Both the position numbers and the translations under genes were made by a program. A stretch of 63,570 bases of DNA, the filler included, from Octopus bimaculoides (Eukaryota): NCBI RefSeq assembly GCF_001194135.2. It is 5 parts of 4 records of this genome, joined end to end, with 100 filler letters (N's around TTAATTAATTAA, not from the genome) between each part and the next. Parts side by side here need not be neighbours in the genome. Positions count along the whole stretch, not along the records: positions 62,261 to 63,570 come from NC_068995.1; 4 more parts are not named here. One strand, given 5' to 3'. Shown one piece after another: positions 62,161 through 63,570 of the stretch (positions within the stretch are counted from its first letter, which is position 1; each line of letters opens with the position of its first letter). The notes under the pieces were generated by a model that did no database searches, had not been told where the DNA came from, and was given only the letters and a program-made list of their open reading frames with translations.

Positions 62161-62260
62161 NNNNNNNNNNNNNNNNNNNNNNNNNNNNNNNNNNNNNNNN
62201 NNNNTTAATTAATTAANNNNNNNNNNNNNNNNNNNNNNNNNNNNNNNNNNNNNNNNNNNN
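62161..62260. other. Artificial scaffold join: 44 N + TTAATTAATTAA + 44 N
   Basis: Same construct as 18524. Confidence 0.95.
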
Positions 62261-62535
62261 TGGCAACGATCTCGCTCGAAAGATTTCATGTGTCGCCCGC
62301 ACATGAGCCATTCCAGGGGCACCAGCAACGATCTTGCTTGAAAATCCTACGACGGCCCTGCACAAGAGCTAGTTCAGGGGCACTGGCAACGATCTCGCTC
62401 GAAAAACCTCATGTGTCACCCGCACAAGAGCCAGTCCAAGGGTAATGGCAACGATCTCGCTCGAAAAATTTCATGTGTCACTCGCACAAGAGCCAGTCCA
62501 GGGGCACTGGCAACGGTCTCGCTCGAAAATCCTAG
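62261..62535 (-). repeat. 62-bp tandem repeat, reverse complement of the 28582 array
   Basis: (T/C)(G/A)GCAACG at 62261, 62323, 62384, 62446 and 62508. Confidence 0.9.
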
Positions 62536-63067
62536 CTTAACAAGTTCAGAATTAATGAACATTTTGAGGAGCCACTAGTTACAAATGTCTTATGTAGTGC
62601 TACATGATAACCTAACCAGAAAAGAAGAATTACATGTTATGCAAAGGCAACTGCAAAACATGCTATGGTAACTGCCCTTCTTTCTGGCAATATGGACAAA
62701 AGTAAAGCCACTAAGTTGGCTAGCCACATATAGGGCTTGAAGACCAACCCCATGCCACATGCAATGAAGTGGAAAATCATACAAAAATCCATGCAATGTA
62801 TTAATGGATCTACAAAATGCAAGTTATGCGTAGCTGAAAGATCACATATTCTTTAAGATCGTAATACAATTGTACAGCATATTGGTGTTGAAACCATAAG
62901 AAGACTAAGCAAATGATAATTGATGCAAATTTATGATGTTATTCTGTGAAGTTCGATAACAAACCAATACGGAACGCTGTACATTTCAAAAAAGACGGTT
63001 GGAGTTATGAAAGTAAATATAAAAAATTCAGACCGAAGAAAACAAACTGTTAGATATTGAAAAATAA

Positions 63068-63570
63068 AAAAAATATATTAAATATATTAAATTTAGAACT
63101 CAGAAAAATAACATTAAAAAAGAACAATCTCACCAAGGTAACAAAAGCCAGAGTATGAGGCAACATAAACGCCCATTCCACCAGGAATCAAAGAGGAACT
63201 ACGGTAAGAACTCTTCCCCTTTTGTACGCAAACACCCTAATGTACACATTATAAACAAAAAACATGAGTATTTCTCTGATCAGACCAGTAGACGTAGGAA
63301 CACCAGATCATTTTCAAAACCTCAACAAAGATTACCTACAAAAAACTGGGGAAAAAACCGACCTAGAACCGGAAACAATACTAGACCATCCTCTCAGATC
63401 ACTAAAACCAATACTTACAAATTGAAAAAGAAGATGTATAATTCCGAAAATAGGACGGCAAACATAACAACGCCAGGTAAAATAACACAACGAAAACACA
63501 AACTTCAAGTCAATACTAACAAAAATAGAAACCATAAACAGAAAAAAATTCATTTTTTAATGTCAGGACA
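63068..63570 (+). other. Stop-free basic (K/R/N/T-rich) reading frame running off the window end; possibly the N-terminus of a retroelement ORF
   Basis: Open from 63068 with an ATG at 63155: MRQHKRPFHQESKRNYGKNSSPFVRKHPNVHIINKK...RNHKQKKIHFLMSG; absent from the ORF track because no stop is reached. Confidence 0.45.

Overview
Eukaryotic, AT-rich, repeat-dense, gap-ridden animal genomic DNA. The SINE and microsatellite repertoire points to an octopus (inference). Four 100-bp gaps carry an artificial TTAATTAATTAA linker (18524, 28792, 50698, 62161), so the window is five joined blocks whose order and orientation are not guaranteed. Only two host genes are supported: (1) an intronless 377-aa secreted or membrane-anchored protein with two chitin-binding type-2 (CBM14) domains and an atypical cysteine spacing (3157-4290, +); (2) two consecutive exons of axonemal dynein intermediate chain 2 (DNAI2; 24609-24474 and 21839-21693, -). 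The rest is transposon-derived: several tRNA-derived SINE families, RTE, R4/Dong-like and Hero/NeSL-like LINE remnants, a zinc-knuckle gag-like ORF, an RT-deleted Ty3/gypsy element with both LTRs, three Tc1/mariner fragments, hAT and piggyBac MITEs with intact target-site duplications, a probable Helitron and many microsatellites. The main finding is three diverged copies of a repeat-terminal RNA motif (2294-2345, 21013-21072, 35011-35076). Each holds the hammerhead-ribozyme catalytic segments with covarying stems I and III, but in a strand order (cleavage site, then GAAA, then CUGAUGA) that is not type I, II or III. Stem II is only weakly supported. A separate, conventional but decayed Penelope-type minimal hammerhead pair lies in a 566-bp foldback at 42616-43181.
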